Positions 1 to 9,755 of a stretch of DNA of 64,000 bases are shown piece by piece. The translations under genes were made by a program, and so were the position numbers. Each line of letters starts with the position of its first letter. The first letter of the stretch is position 1. The DNA comes from an uncultured delta proteobacterium (GTDB taxonomy: Bacteria > Myxococcota_A > Polyangia > Polyangiales > Polyangiaceae). The notes under the pieces were generated by a model. The model saw only the letters and a list, made by a program, of their open reading frames with translations, had not been told where the DNA came from and did no database searches. The DNA is taken from positions 119,281 through 183,280 of the forward strand of contig CAVQUB010000034.1 of NCBI GenBank assembly GCA_963716725.1, written 5' to 3'.

Positions 1-308
1 AGCTGTCAGGTCAACGGTTGGATCAAACCAGACAGTCTCACTGGCGGCTTTCTCTATCTTCCTGGCGAGCAGTCACCGACCACATTCGGTCTCTGACAGG
101 GCACCCGAGCGTCCGGGCGCGTAGTGCGCGAGGCGCACCGTCAGGTGGAGGGCCCTCTCCGTGCGCTGCACATCCGCCGCGGAACCCGCACACGCCCCAG
201 GCCGGTGCTCGGGGTCGCGGACGTTCGCGCCGTCAAGACGGACGTTCGAGCCTGGCGGTCGCCTCCGCGAGGCCCCATCTCCGGAGGTTCCAAGAGGAGG
301 AACGAATC

Positions 309-921
309 ATGAAACTTCACGGCCATCCGCTCTCCCAGAACTGCCGTCGCCCGGACCTGGTTGCCAAGCACCTCGGGCTCGATCTCGAGCAGGTCACTGT
401 CGACTTCAAAGATTCTGAAGAGCCCGGCGTTCTTGCAGTTGAATCCGGCGGGCCGCATCCCGGTGCTGGTCGATGGCGATTTCGTGCTCAGCGAGTCCCG
501 AGCCATCGCCCAGTACCTCGCCGGCAAGAAGCCCGGCTTGATGCCCTCCGATGAGCGCGGACGCGCCGACGTGGCGCGCTGGCAGTTCTGGGACGGCCAG
601 CACTTCTCGTCGCCGCTCGGCACCCTCGCCTTCGAGAAGCTGCTCAAGCCCATGATGGGCATGGGCGAACCCTCGGAGACGGCCGTGACGAACGCGCTCT
701 CGCGCTACGAGGCCTCGGCCAAGGTGCTCGACGGACACCTCGCCAAGAACGAGTGGCTGGTGGGCAAGAGCATGACCGTGGCGGATCTCTCCGTCGCCGC
801 GTCGATGGCCTACGCGCTGCCGTCCGGAGCACCGATCGATCCCTATCCGCACCTGAAGGCCTGGTTCGGACGGATCCGCGAGCTGCCGGCCTGGCAGGCG
901 ACCGAGCCGAAGACCGGGTGA
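309..921 (+). CDS. Glutathione S-transferase family protein, frameshifted near 410-420
   Basis: GAGGAGG SD at 294-300 and ATG at 309 (MKLHGHPLSQNCRR...); continues in another frame as LNPAGRIPVLVDGDFVLSESRAIAQYL (GST N-domain) and WLVGKSMTVADL (C-domain). Confidence 0.85.
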
Positions 922-924
922 CGC

Positions 925-2136
925 TCAGGCGTCTCGCTCAGCGCTCAGGCGAATGAGCTGGGGCGTGGCCCGGGGGCCGCAGTTGCACACGAAACCCCCG
1001 GGCGAACGCGCCGGCAGCGAGGCCCCCAGCGCGTCCCAGACCTCCGGCGACTCGAGGCAGAGCGAGACGCGGCTCTCGGGCAGGTGTGCGCGGACGATGG
1101 CGCTGATCTCCGAGTAGATGCGCGCGCGCGTGTGCTCGGGGAAGGGCGCGCCCTTGTCGCCGCGCAGTGACTTCGCCGCCGCGCGAGCCGCTTCGAGCGC
1201 GCCAGAATCGAGCATGCCGAGGGGTACGATCCGCGGCAGCTCGTCGAGCTCGATCATGCTGAGGGTCCAGAAAGTGAAGAGCTCGGGAGAGCCGGCTCGG
1301 GCGATGCGGCGCGCGAGATCGTCGTAGGCGTCGCGATAGCCCGCGAAGGGCACGATGGGCGAGAAGCGGACGCGGACCGGATAGCCCGCACGGTGCAGCG
1401 CACCAAGCGCCTCGATGCGCGACGCCGGAGAGGGCGCGCCTTGCTCCAGGAGATCCGCGATGGGCTCGGGCGTGAGGGTGAACGAGGCCGCGGTCCGGCC
1501 GGCGTGGTCGAGATCGACCAGGTGCTCGACGCGGTCGCCCTTCGAATAGAGCAGCAGCGTCGGCCCACCGAGCCGCGCGAAGCGCTGGACCAAGGCCGCG
1601 GACAGTCCGTACTCGGGCTCGAGCGCCAGGGTGTCGCTGCGATTGTTCAGCTTCCACAGGGTCTGGCTCGGCCGTGACTTCACCAAGGCTTCCACCCGGT
1701 CCACGAAGGTCTCCACGTCGAGTCGGACGCATACGAACGAGGTGTATGGACAGTAGGCGCAATCGAAAGGACAACCGACCACCGATTGCACCTCGATGGC
1801 GGTCTGACACAAGACGCCGTGCTGCTGCGCCTGGGTGCGCCCGTTGCGGATCTCTCGCCACGAGTAGCCCGGAAATACCTCGCGCACCGCCGGGCCGTCG
1901 CCGAAGCGCGCGAAGGCGACCAGGTCCTTGGGCTGCCCGCGGCCATCGAGCCCCGCCCGCGGCCGACCCGAGCGCGGACCGAGGGCCGAGATGCGCCGCT
2001 CGACCTCGTCGTCATCGAGGATCTCGACCTTGCTCGACTCCACGAAGGGCAGCATCGCCTCGAGGCGACCCCGGCTGGGCGGATCCGTCAGCACGCTGCG
2101 AGCGATCAGCACACGTTCGGATCGAAGCGGCTCCAC
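925..2136 (-). CDS. Radical SAM protein, spore photoproduct lyase-like
   Basis: GCPFDCAYC (CxxxCxxC) plus SDTLALEP and VRVRFSPIVP segments typical of SplB-like proteins; start codon approximate. Confidence 0.7.
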   Translation of the reverse strand: MEPLRSERVLIARSVLTDPPSRGRLEAMLPFVESSKVEILDDDEVERRISALGPRSGRPRAGLDGRGQPKDLVAFARFGDGPAVREVFPGYSWREIRNGRTQAQQHGVLCQTAIEVQSVVGCPFDCAYCPYTSFVCVRLDVETFVDRVEALVKSRPSQTLWKLNNRSDTLALEPEYGLSAALVQRFARLGGPTLLLYSKGDRVEHLVDLDHAGRTAASFTLTPEPIADLLEQGAPSPASRIEALGALHRAGYPVRVRFSPIVPFAGYRDAYDDLARRIARAGSPELFTFWTLSMIELDELPRIVPLGMLDSGALEAARAAAKSLRGDKGAPFPEHTRARIYSEISAIVRAHLPESRVSLCLESPEVWDALGASLPARSPGGFVCNCGPRATPQLIRLSAERDA

Positions 2137-2412
2137 CCTGAGATCGTGCCGTGCATTGGCACAAAGCGCCAAGAATCTAGGGACTGTCCCGATCCGAAGC
2201 TGCCGCTCGCGGATCCGCACCCACTGGCGCCCGCCAACGCACGAACCAGCGTCAGCTCCATTCGTCTTGCGCCAACCGCTAGGCAGTTCGCGCCAACGGG
2301 GGGCATCTGCACGCCTTCCCACGGATACCGTTGAAACGATGGCGCGTCGCCGAGCCATCGCAGCCACCAGGATAGATGGCGAGGGAACTCGGCGCACAAC
2401 GCGGAGGAGAAA

Positions 2413-3747
2413 ATGTTCCGACTCTTCTTGAATCTGTCGCTCTTGATCTTGGTGGTGTCCCTGTGCGCGTGCGGGGGTTCGGAGGACGGCAACAACGGCG
2501 CTGGGGGAACCGGAGGAGGAACCGGAGGAGGAACCGGAGGAGGAACCGGGGGCAAAACCAGCGCCGTCGTTCCCAAGAAGGCGCCGGTGGGCGACCCGAC
2601 TGGCGCACCGGTGAGCGCATCGATCGGCCCCGAGGGCGGCGTGCTGGTCAGCGACGACGGACGCTTCGAAGTCGACCTGCCCGCCGGCGCGCTCGCTGCG
2701 CCGACGGACTTCAGCATTACGCCTCTCGACAACACGGCCGGGGGTGGCGTGGGCACCGCGTATCGCGTGCTTCCCAACTTGCAACTCGCGAAGCCTGCGA
2801 CCGTGCGCTTCAACTATGACGACGCCGACGAACTGGGCTCTCTCCCGGAAGCCTTCGAGATCACTTACCAAGACGACGACGCCTTCTGGCGCATCGTGCA
2901 AGGCGCGGTCGTCGATGAATTCGAGGGCACGGTCAGCGTGCAAACGGAACACTTCACCGACTGGTCGCTGATCCAGGTTTTCGAGTTGGCGCCCAGCAAG
3001 GCCAGCATCGAGCCCGGATCGAGCCTCGACTTCAAGTTGGTCTGGTGTGCGTCAGCACTGGGACCAGACCCCCTCGCGCCGATGTTCTACGACTGTAGTC
3101 CCGAGCTTTTCCCGCTGGGCTTGAAGACGGAGTGGTCCGCCAGCGCGGGCAGCATCGACAACCAGGGCAAGTACACCGCGCCCGGGACTGCCCCGACGCC
3201 GAATCCGGTGATCGTGACGCTGCGTGTGAACTACGACGGCAAGCTCTGGATCCTCCTGGGAGAGGTGTTGATCAGCGACGCAGGCACCTTCAAAGGTGAA
3301 ATCAACCACGAGAGCCTGAACCCCAGCTTTGCATTCAAAGCGCGCGTTGACACCGAGCTGTATTTGGAATCCCAGGACGAGACTGCGTTCTATGCAGCTC
3401 GCGGCACCATCAACGTCTTGACGGACGTCGATGTCGGCGACGCCCTGTGCACGCTCGCTTCACCCACGGCCAAGTTCGACACGACCACGTCGAGCCTGGT
3501 GGCAATCTCCAAGAACGATACCTACACCTTCCACTACGTCCTCACTCTCGCTTCCTCTGCGACCTGCAAACCCAAGGACCCGAGCAAGGCGGCGTACACG
3601 CTGCCAAACATGCCCGTGGGCCTGACCTTCTTGCCCGACTGCAACCCGTCGGCGAGCTTCGCGGTGACGGACCCGGCCCTCTTGAAGGATGCCGGCCAAG
3701 ATGGCTGCTCGCAGAGCAAGGCGAACTGGGCGTTCAAGAAGCAGTAG
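2413..3747 (+). CDS. Secreted lipoprotein with Gly/Thr linker and ZU5-like domain
   Basis: Signal peptide ending ...SLCAC; IGPEGGVLVSDDGRFEVDLPAGAL and TEHFTDWS motifs. Confidence 0.7.
   Translation: MFRLFLNLSLLILVVSLCACGGSEDGNNGAGGTGGGTGGGTGGGTGGKTSAVVPKKAPVGDPTGAPVSASIGPEGGVLVSDDGRFEVDLPAGALAAPTDFSITPLDNTAGGGVGTAYRVLPNLQLAKPATVRFNYDDADELGSLPEAFEITYQDDDAFWRIVQGAVVDEFEGTVSVQTEHFTDWSLIQVFELAPSKASIEPGSSLDFKLVWCASALGPDPLAPMFYDCSPELFPLGLKTEWSASAGSIDNQGKYTAPGTAPTPNPVIVTLRVNYDGKLWILLGEVLISDAGTFKGEINHESLNPSFAFKARVDTELYLESQDETAFYAARGTINVLTDVDVGDALCTLASPTAKFDTTTSSLVAISKNDTYTFHYVLTLASSATCKPKDPSKAAYTLPNMPVGLTFLPDCNPSASFAVTDPALLKDAGQDGCSQSKANWAFKKQ
2506..2549 (+). repeat. 12-bp tandem repeat (GGAACCGGAGGA) x3.7 encoding a GTGG linker
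   Basis: Read directly from the sequence. Confidence 0.9.
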
Positions 3748-3798
3748 CGCGCACGCCAACACCAAGTCCGTGCCTCGAGGTTGCGCTGCTTGCAGCCC

Positions 3799-4255
3799 CT
3801 AGTAACGAAATCTCCAAACCAAGTCGACGGCGGCGCTGCCCGCATTGCCCAGCTCGGTGCGCAAGGACCAGCGTGGCGAGAAGCGCCAGTCCAGCGTTCC
3901 CGTAAGCGCATCGAACTGCTCCTGGGGACCGATCTCCTGGCTTTCGGTCTCCTGGGTGTAGCTGCCCTCCAACCACAGTCCCTCGGCCAGACGCACGGCC
4001 GCTGCCGCTCCGGTTCGCGCGTTGTCGCTCTTTGCCCGGAGCTGTAGGCCCTCGAGCGGCGTGTTCTCGAGCATTTGCGTGACTCCTTGGAGCGCGAGGG
4101 CGCTGGCCAGAGCAACATCGCCGCTTCCACCGAGCAGGCGCGCCAGGATCTCGGACTGCGGAAGGCCGGGATCACTGCGCAGCGTGAGGTGTGCCTTCTT
4201 CAAGGTGCCGCTCAGATCAATGAAGATGACCGTGCCATCCTGCGCGGTCCACTTT
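3799..4255 (-). pseudogene. C-terminal fragment of a TamB-like (translocation/assembly module) protein
   Basis: KWTAQDGTVIFIDLSGTLKKAHLTLRSDPGLPQSEILARLLGG...VDLVWRFRY resembles a TamB C-terminus; only about 150 aa present and no convincing start. Confidence 0.55.
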
Positions 4256-4457
4256 GCGCAGCTGAATGTCCGACAAGACTCGCTTGCCGGGTGGATAGTC
4301 CCGCTTGAGGCAGCCAGTAGCGAGGGAGAGCGAGCACAGCAGGGCGAGCCAGAGCCCCGGTTTTGCCCCTCCCCGCCGGCGGACAAAACGCCGTCTGTCT
4401 TGGAGCCTTCTCAGTCCGAGGAAACCGACCACAGGTCCGCGCCGTAACAACCGAACG

Positions 4458-5237
4458 ATGCGAAGACTCGCCGTGCCCCTACTCCTCGGACTCGCCGTCG
4501 CGGCCTGCGACAGCAAACCCGCCGCTCCCCTCGCCCCCGCCGCGTCCGCGCTGCCCGCCGCTGAGAAGCGCTCCGAGTCCGCCAAGACCTTTGCCATCGA
4601 GGCCGCCAGCAGCAAGGTCACGTTCTTGATGCAAGCGCCCTTCGAGAAGATCCACGGCGACGCCGAGGGCAGCGCCAAAGGCGAGCTCTTCATCGACCCG
4701 TCGGACATCTCCAAGACCGCGGGTCTGATCGAAATCGACCTCGACAAGCTGGTGCTCTACCAGCAAAAGCGGCAGGACGAGAAGTCGGACTACGGTGAGC
4801 GCAAGAAGAGCGACCAACAGAACGAGCACGCGAAGACCTGGCTCGAGATCTCACCCGACGCTCCCGCCGCGGAGCGCGAGCTCAATCGCTGGGTCCAGTT
4901 CCGCATCGACAAGGTCATCGAGTCGTCTGCGCCGGACGTCAGCAAGCTGACCGGCGCCGAGCGCAAGATCACCGCCACCGTCGAAGGCGAGCTCCGCCTG
5001 CACCAGCGCAAGGTGCGCAAGCAAGCCAAGGTCGAGGCGACCTTCAAATACGACGGCGACAAACCGGTCAGCGTCAGCATCAAGACCACCGCGCCGGTGG
5101 TCGTGGATCTCGACGCCCACGACGTGCGACCGCGGGAGCTCTTCGGCAAGCTGGCGCAGAAGACCCTGTCCGACATGGGGCAGAAGGTCGCAAAAGAGGC
5201 GCCCATCGAGTTCCAGATTTCAGCGAACCTGAAGTGA
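4458..5237 (+). CDS. YceI-like lipoprotein
   Basis: Lipobox LAVAAC; FAIEAASSKVTF and ITATVEGELRLH beta-barrel motifs. Confidence 0.7.
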   Translation: MRRLAVPLLLGLAVAACDSKPAAPLAPAASALPAAEKRSESAKTFAIEAASSKVTFLMQAPFEKIHGDAEGSAKGELFIDPSDISKTAGLIEIDLDKLVLYQQKRQDEKSDYGERKKSDQQNEHAKTWLEISPDAPAAERELNRWVQFRIDKVIESSAPDVSKLTGAERKITATVEGELRLHQRKVRKQAKVEATFKYDGDKPVSVSIKTTAPVVVDLDAHDVRPRELFGKLAQKTLSDMGQKVAKEAPIEFQISANLK

Positions 5238-5240
5238 AGC

Positions 5241-8186
5241 TCAGCGCCGCACCTGTTCGCGCCCGACACGCAGCTTGACGCTTCCTGAAGCGCGCTCGAC
5301 CTCGATCACCACGTCGGTGCGCGTCGGGCCGCTGAGCCGCGAGCGCGCGTCCCGCATGTCGACCACGTCGTGGCCGTCCACCGAGAGCACCACATCCCCC
5401 ACTGCGAGCCCGGCGCGCTCCGCCTCGCTCGCGTCGGCCACGTGCACCACGACGACCTCGAGATCGTCACCGTCGCCGCGCTCGCCGAGTGTGACCGCCA
5501 CGCTGCCGCTCACGGTCGGATCGTCGTCGCCGGCGGCGTGGGTCAGACGCAGCGTGATGCCGGTGACGTTGCGCCCCGATTGGATCACGACGTGGGCCAC
5601 GCCTCGACCCACGTCGGGCGCGTAGGCCTCGATCTCGGCCTTGCCCGGCGCGACGCCGCTCAGCTTGAAGCGGCCCTTGGCGTCGGTGACGGCCATGCCC
5701 GTCGGCAGAGTGCCCGCGGGCAAATAGGCCGGCACGACGCCGGCGCCGACCCGGGCGCCCTGCACCGGTTTGCCCTGCGCGTCGGTCACCACGCCCTCGA
5801 CGCCGCCGCCCTCGCTCAGATCGATGGTTGGAAGCTCGAAGGCGCGGTCGGCGCGGCCGGTGGCAGTCACCGTCGCGGTCGCCTCGGCGTTGGCGAAATC
5901 AGGGTGTGCGACGATGATGTGCACCGGCGCCGCGGCCACGTCCTTGATCCGGTAGATCCCGTCCTTGTTGGTGAGAGCCGCGAAGCGGCGTCCCTCCGAG
6001 ACCAAGGTCACGCTGGCCCCCTCGACGGTGCGTCGACCACGGACCGAGGTCACGCTGCCCTCCACCAATACGCCTCGGCTGAGCGCGATCTCGAGCTTGT
6101 CACCGGCCTTTGCCACCTGGCGCACCGCCACGCCGAAGCCCGGGGCTTCGACCACGACGCGCAGCTCGAGCCCGCGCGCGTCCGCGATGGTGGCCTTGCC
6201 GTCGGACGAGGTGAAGACCGTCTGGCGCAGCGGCGCGCTGGGATCGAGGGAGAGCACCGCGACCTGAGCGGCGTCGACCGCCCGACCGCTCTCGTCGACC
6301 ACCGAAACAGTGAAAGCGTCGCGCGGAGCGGGCAGCTCGACGGTGAGGTTGGTGCGCCCGCCCTCGGGGACCTCGATGGTCTTTCGCACCACGAGCTTGG
6401 ACGGATCCTCGGGCCGCGCCACGGACACGATCACCTCTTCGGGCACCGACGCGAAGGCGAAGCTGCCGTCGGTGGCGGTGAGGGTCGTGCGTTCGAGCGT
6501 GCCGCGAGCCGCCGTAAGATCGACGCGCGCGCCGGACACGCCGCGCCCCGACGCATCGACCACGCGCCCCTCGATGGCGCCGCCGGCGAGCAACACGATC
6601 TTCACCTTGGCCCGACCACCCGGCTGAACGTTGACGGGATCGCTGAAGCCCTCGACGTATGCCGGGTGACGGACCAGCGCCCGCACGCGCCCCGGCGTGA
6701 CGGGATGCGCTTCGAATTTGCCATCGAGCCGCGTGACCCAGGGCTCGAAGGCGAGCGGCGCCGAGTCGACGGTGTCCACCGGCTGCCCAGTGCCGCGCGG
6801 GATGGGCGGGATCGGACCCGGCATCACACCCAGCTCGCCCGCGGGAATGAGCGGCCGCGGACCGGCGAGCGCCCACTCGAAATGGGACCGACGGAAGGCC
6901 ATCGTGGACGGCGAGTCGGCGATGGGCAGTCCGAACAGATCGATGCCGATGATCTCGACCGTCGCGCCGTCCACCGCCGCGCCCTTCGAGTCCACGACCT
7001 CTCCGTCCAGGGTCCCACCTCGCATCAGCTGGATCTGCACCGGTCCGTCGAGCACCTCGGGCACGACCACGGCCGGACGGGTCACGAAGCCGTCGGCGCT
7101 GGCCGACACGGTGGCGGCGCCGGCGGAAATCGGGCCGAGCGTCACACTGCCGTCGCCGGCGGTGCGGCCTTGGATGGGGAACGAGCTGAGCCCACCTTCG
7201 GCCAGCACGACGTCAGCGTTTCCCACCGGCGTGGGGCGATCGGGCTCGTCGTCGGTGACCGAGACGACCACCATGCGGCCCGGTCCCAGCTTCAGCGTGA
7301 GCGTCTCGTGGGCGCCGCGCTGGACCTCGAAGCCGAACATCGTCTCGCTCACCTGATCACCCTTGGTGGCGCGCAGGTCGAAGTGACCCGCGACCAAACC
7401 CGCGATGCTCGCCGTCCCGTTGGCGTTGGTCTCAGCGCGGCGCGCGGGCCAGAGCGTCGAGCCCGTGATCGCCACCTGCGCGCCGGAAGCCGCAGAACCG
7501 TCGACGTTCTTCACGTGCACATCGAGGGACGCAAGCCGTCGGAGCGCCAGCGTCACGTCCGCGGTCACTCCCGATTGCGTCACCGATTCGTAGCCTGGCG
7601 CCGAAGCCTTCACCGTCCACGGCGATCGCGGCAAGCTGGTGAAGCTCGCCACTCCGACGTTGCTCGTGAGCGCGCCGAAGGGCAGTGGATCTCCGGAGTT
7701 CACCAGAACGGTGGCGCGGGGGAGCGGGGCTCCTTCCTCGTCGCTGACCGTCACGCGCAAGGCCGCCGCGCGCTCGAGCTTCAACGCCGCGTACCGCTCC
7801 CCGCCTTCGAGCACGAGCCTGGTCGAGGCGCGCGCGTGGTGTGCTGCCTCGACGACCACCCAGACGGCGCCGCGCGGCAGTCCGCCGATCTCGATTCGAC
7901 CGTCGTCGCCGCTGCGGCCCGTGCCCGCCAAGTAGAAGCGCTCGTCGCGCTCCCAGTACACACGCGCTTCAGCGCCGCGCACCGCAGCGTCGTCCGCTCC
8001 TGTGACGGCTACGACGATCTCCGCGTCGCGCTCGTCGACGTCCGCTGGCGGGGGAGGCGCTTGTAGAGCGAACGGGTGGGGCCGGAGCCCGACATCCACG
8101 ACGCGCGCGAGCAGTACCCAGCACGCCAGTGCGGCGAGCACTCCGATCAGACGGTGAACGAGGCGGTCTCGCGACAAGGGCGGCAC
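5241..8186 (-). CDS. Carboxypeptidase-regulatory-like repeat protein with C-terminal PDZ domain
   Basis: Repeated GxVxDxxGxPVxGAxV modules; SEAERAGLAVGDVVLSVDG PDZ motif; N-terminal TM segment; start approximate. Confidence 0.8.
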   Translation of the reverse strand: MPPLSRDRLVHRLIGVLAALACWVLLARVVDVGLRPHPFALQAPPPPADVDERDAEIVVAVTGADDAAVRGAEARVYWERDERFYLAGTGRSGDDGRIEIGGLPRGAVWVVVEAAHHARASTRLVLEGGERYAALKLERAAALRVTVSDEEGAPLPRATVLVNSGDPLPFGALTSNVGVASFTSLPRSPWTVKASAPGYESVTQSGVTADVTLALRRLASLDVHVKNVDGSAASGAQVAITGSTLWPARRAETNANGTASIAGLVAGHFDLRATKGDQVSETMFGFEVQRGAHETLTLKLGPGRMVVVSVTDDEPDRPTPVGNADVVLAEGGLSSFPIQGRTAGDGSVTLGPISAGAATVSASADGFVTRPAVVVPEVLDGPVQIQLMRGGTLDGEVVDSKGAAVDGATVEIIGIDLFGLPIADSPSTMAFRRSHFEWALAGPRPLIPAGELGVMPGPIPPIPRGTGQPVDTVDSAPLAFEPWVTRLDGKFEAHPVTPGRVRALVRHPAYVEGFSDPVNVQPGGRAKVKIVLLAGGAIEGRVVDASGRGVSGARVDLTAARGTLERTTLTATDGSFAFASVPEEVIVSVARPEDPSKLVVRKTIEVPEGGRTNLTVELPAPRDAFTVSVVDESGRAVDAAQVAVLSLDPSAPLRQTVFTSSDGKATIADARGLELRVVVEAPGFGVAVRQVAKAGDKLEIALSRGVLVEGSVTSVRGRRTVEGASVTLVSEGRRFAALTNKDGIYRIKDVAAAPVHIIVAHPDFANAEATATVTATGRADRAFELPTIDLSEGGGVEGVVTDAQGKPVQGARVGAGVVPAYLPAGTLPTGMAVTDAKGRFKLSGVAPGKAEIEAYAPDVGRGVAHVVIQSGRNVTGITLRLTHAAGDDDPTVSGSVAVTLGERGDGDDLEVVVVHVADASEAERAGLAVGDVVLSVDGHDVVDMRDARSRLSGPTRTDVVIEVERASGSVKLRVGREQVRR

Positions 8187-8248
8187 GATAACGCGGCCCC
8201 GGCCGGGGCGCTTCCAGCACCGGCGAAGCGACCTGCTATGCTGCCCGG

Positions 8249-9442
8249 GTGCAACGGCAGTTCGCGGCAGCGGCGCTTCTGACGGGGCTGACGGCGTCGG
8301 TCCACGCATGCTCTTCCGGGGACCGCCCGAGTCCCTTCGACGGCGCGAAGGACGCCGGCGGGGCGGGCGGCTTCGTGGGACTCGACACCGGGCTCGTCGA
8401 CGGCCCTCCCTCGCCGGACGCCGACGGGCTCTGCGGCAACACCGTGATCCCGGTCGTCGTCGAGCGCCCCAACGTGTACTTCGTGGTCGACCGCTCCGGC
8501 AGCATGCAGGACCCGCTGCCGAAGAGCAGCTACAACAAATACGTCAGCGCTCGCATTGCCATGAGCAAGTTGCTGCGTTCGGTGGGGCATCGCCTGCGCT
8601 ACGGCGCCGCGGTCTTCCCCATGCCAGGCGGCACGGTGGAAGGCTGCAACGCCGGCAAGGAGATCTTCGTCACGCAAGAAGGTGATCCGCCGAGCTACGC
8701 CCAGCAGGGCCTGAACGGTCCCGTGCTGAAGAAGCTCTTGACGGTGCTCGCGGCCTACGCGCCAGAGGGCGGCACGCCGACCTCGTCCACGCTGGAGTCC
8801 CTGATCCCGACCGTCTCTGCTCTTCCCGGACAGACCTTCGTGGTGCTGGCCACGGACGGCGCTCCCAACTGCAACTCGTCGGCAAGCTGCCCGGCCTCGG
8901 AATGCACGGCCAACATCGAAGGCGCAATGCTCGATCCGACCACGCCTTGCGCGGCGCCGATCAACTGCTGCGATCCCAAGCTGGTCAGCAATGGGCCACA
9001 GTTCTGCGTCGATCGACCCGCGACCGTCGAAGCCGTGACCAAGCTCTTCAGCGCAGGCATCAAGACCTACGTGATCGGCATGCCCGGTGCCGAGGTCTAC
9101 GCGAACGTGCTCAATGAGGTCGCCACCGCCGGCGGGACGGCCAAAGCCACGGCGCCTCTGTACTACTCCGTGCAAGACGAGCCGGAGCTCACGGCGTCGC
9201 TGCAAGAAATCGGGATCAAGGTCGCCGTCAGCTGCACCGTCGACTTGGGCAGCGCGCCGCCGGACAAGAATCTGGTGAACGTGTACTTCGACACCAAGCT
9301 GGTTCAGTACGATTCGACCGACGGCTGGAGCTGGACGTCGGACAAGACCGTGGAGCTCAGCGGTGAAGCCTGCGCCAAGCTCAAGAGCGGAGACGTCTAC
9401 CAAGTCCAGGTCGTGGCCGGCTGCCCGACGTCCGTGAAGTGA
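8249..9442 (+). CDS. vWA-domain Cys-rich lipoprotein
   Basis: MIDAS motif DRSGS, GGTPT, VLATDGAPNC, TYVIG; lipobox VHAC. Confidence 0.85.
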   Translation: MQRQFAAAALLTGLTASVHACSSGDRPSPFDGAKDAGGAGGFVGLDTGLVDGPPSPDADGLCGNTVIPVVVERPNVYFVVDRSGSMQDPLPKSSYNKYVSARIAMSKLLRSVGHRLRYGAAVFPMPGGTVEGCNAGKEIFVTQEGDPPSYAQQGLNGPVLKKLLTVLAAYAPEGGTPTSSTLESLIPTVSALPGQTFVVLATDGAPNCNSSASCPASECTANIEGAMLDPTTPCAAPINCCDPKLVSNGPQFCVDRPATVEAVTKLFSAGIKTYVIGMPGAEVYANVLNEVATAGGTAKATAPLYYSVQDEPELTASLQEIGIKVAVSCTVDLGSAPPDKNLVNVYFDTKLVQYDSTDGWSWTSDKTVELSGEACAKLKSGDVYQVQVVAGCPTSVK

Positions 9443-9474
9443 CGCGAGGCCCCAAGGCGGGTTAACATGGCAAG

Positions 9475-9753
9475 GTGGACGATCAGCCCAACCTCTCCGA
9501 GCTGCGCGACGAGATCGATCGGCTCGACGACCAGCTGCTCGACTTGCTGGGCGAGCGGCTGGCGATAGCGCTCCGAGTCGGGGAAGCCAAACGCGCCGGG
9601 GGCCTGCCGATCTACGATCCGGAGCGGGAACGCAGCATCTTTCTCAGGTTGTGCCAGCGTGCTCGAGATCCGCTCACCCCAGACGTCGTGCGCCGTATCT
9701 TCGAGCGCATCATCGACGAGACTCGCTGGGCGGAGCAGCGCGCCAAACGCTGA
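9475..9753 (+). CDS. Chorismate mutase (AroQ/type II)
   Basis: LSELRDEIDRLDDQLLDLLGER...VGEAK...PIYDPERE. Confidence 0.9.
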   Translation: MDDQPNLSELRDEIDRLDDQLLDLLGERLAIALRVGEAKRAGGLPIYDPERERSIFLRLCQRARDPLTPDVVRRIFERIIDETRWAEQRAKR

Positions 9754-9755
9754 GC

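Noticed and set aside
5370..8066. 898-aa plus-strand ORF and similar long antisense ORFs (e.g. 56608-59073, 14876-16405)
   Set aside because: Shadow ORFs of high-GC genes on the opposite strand; no motifs.
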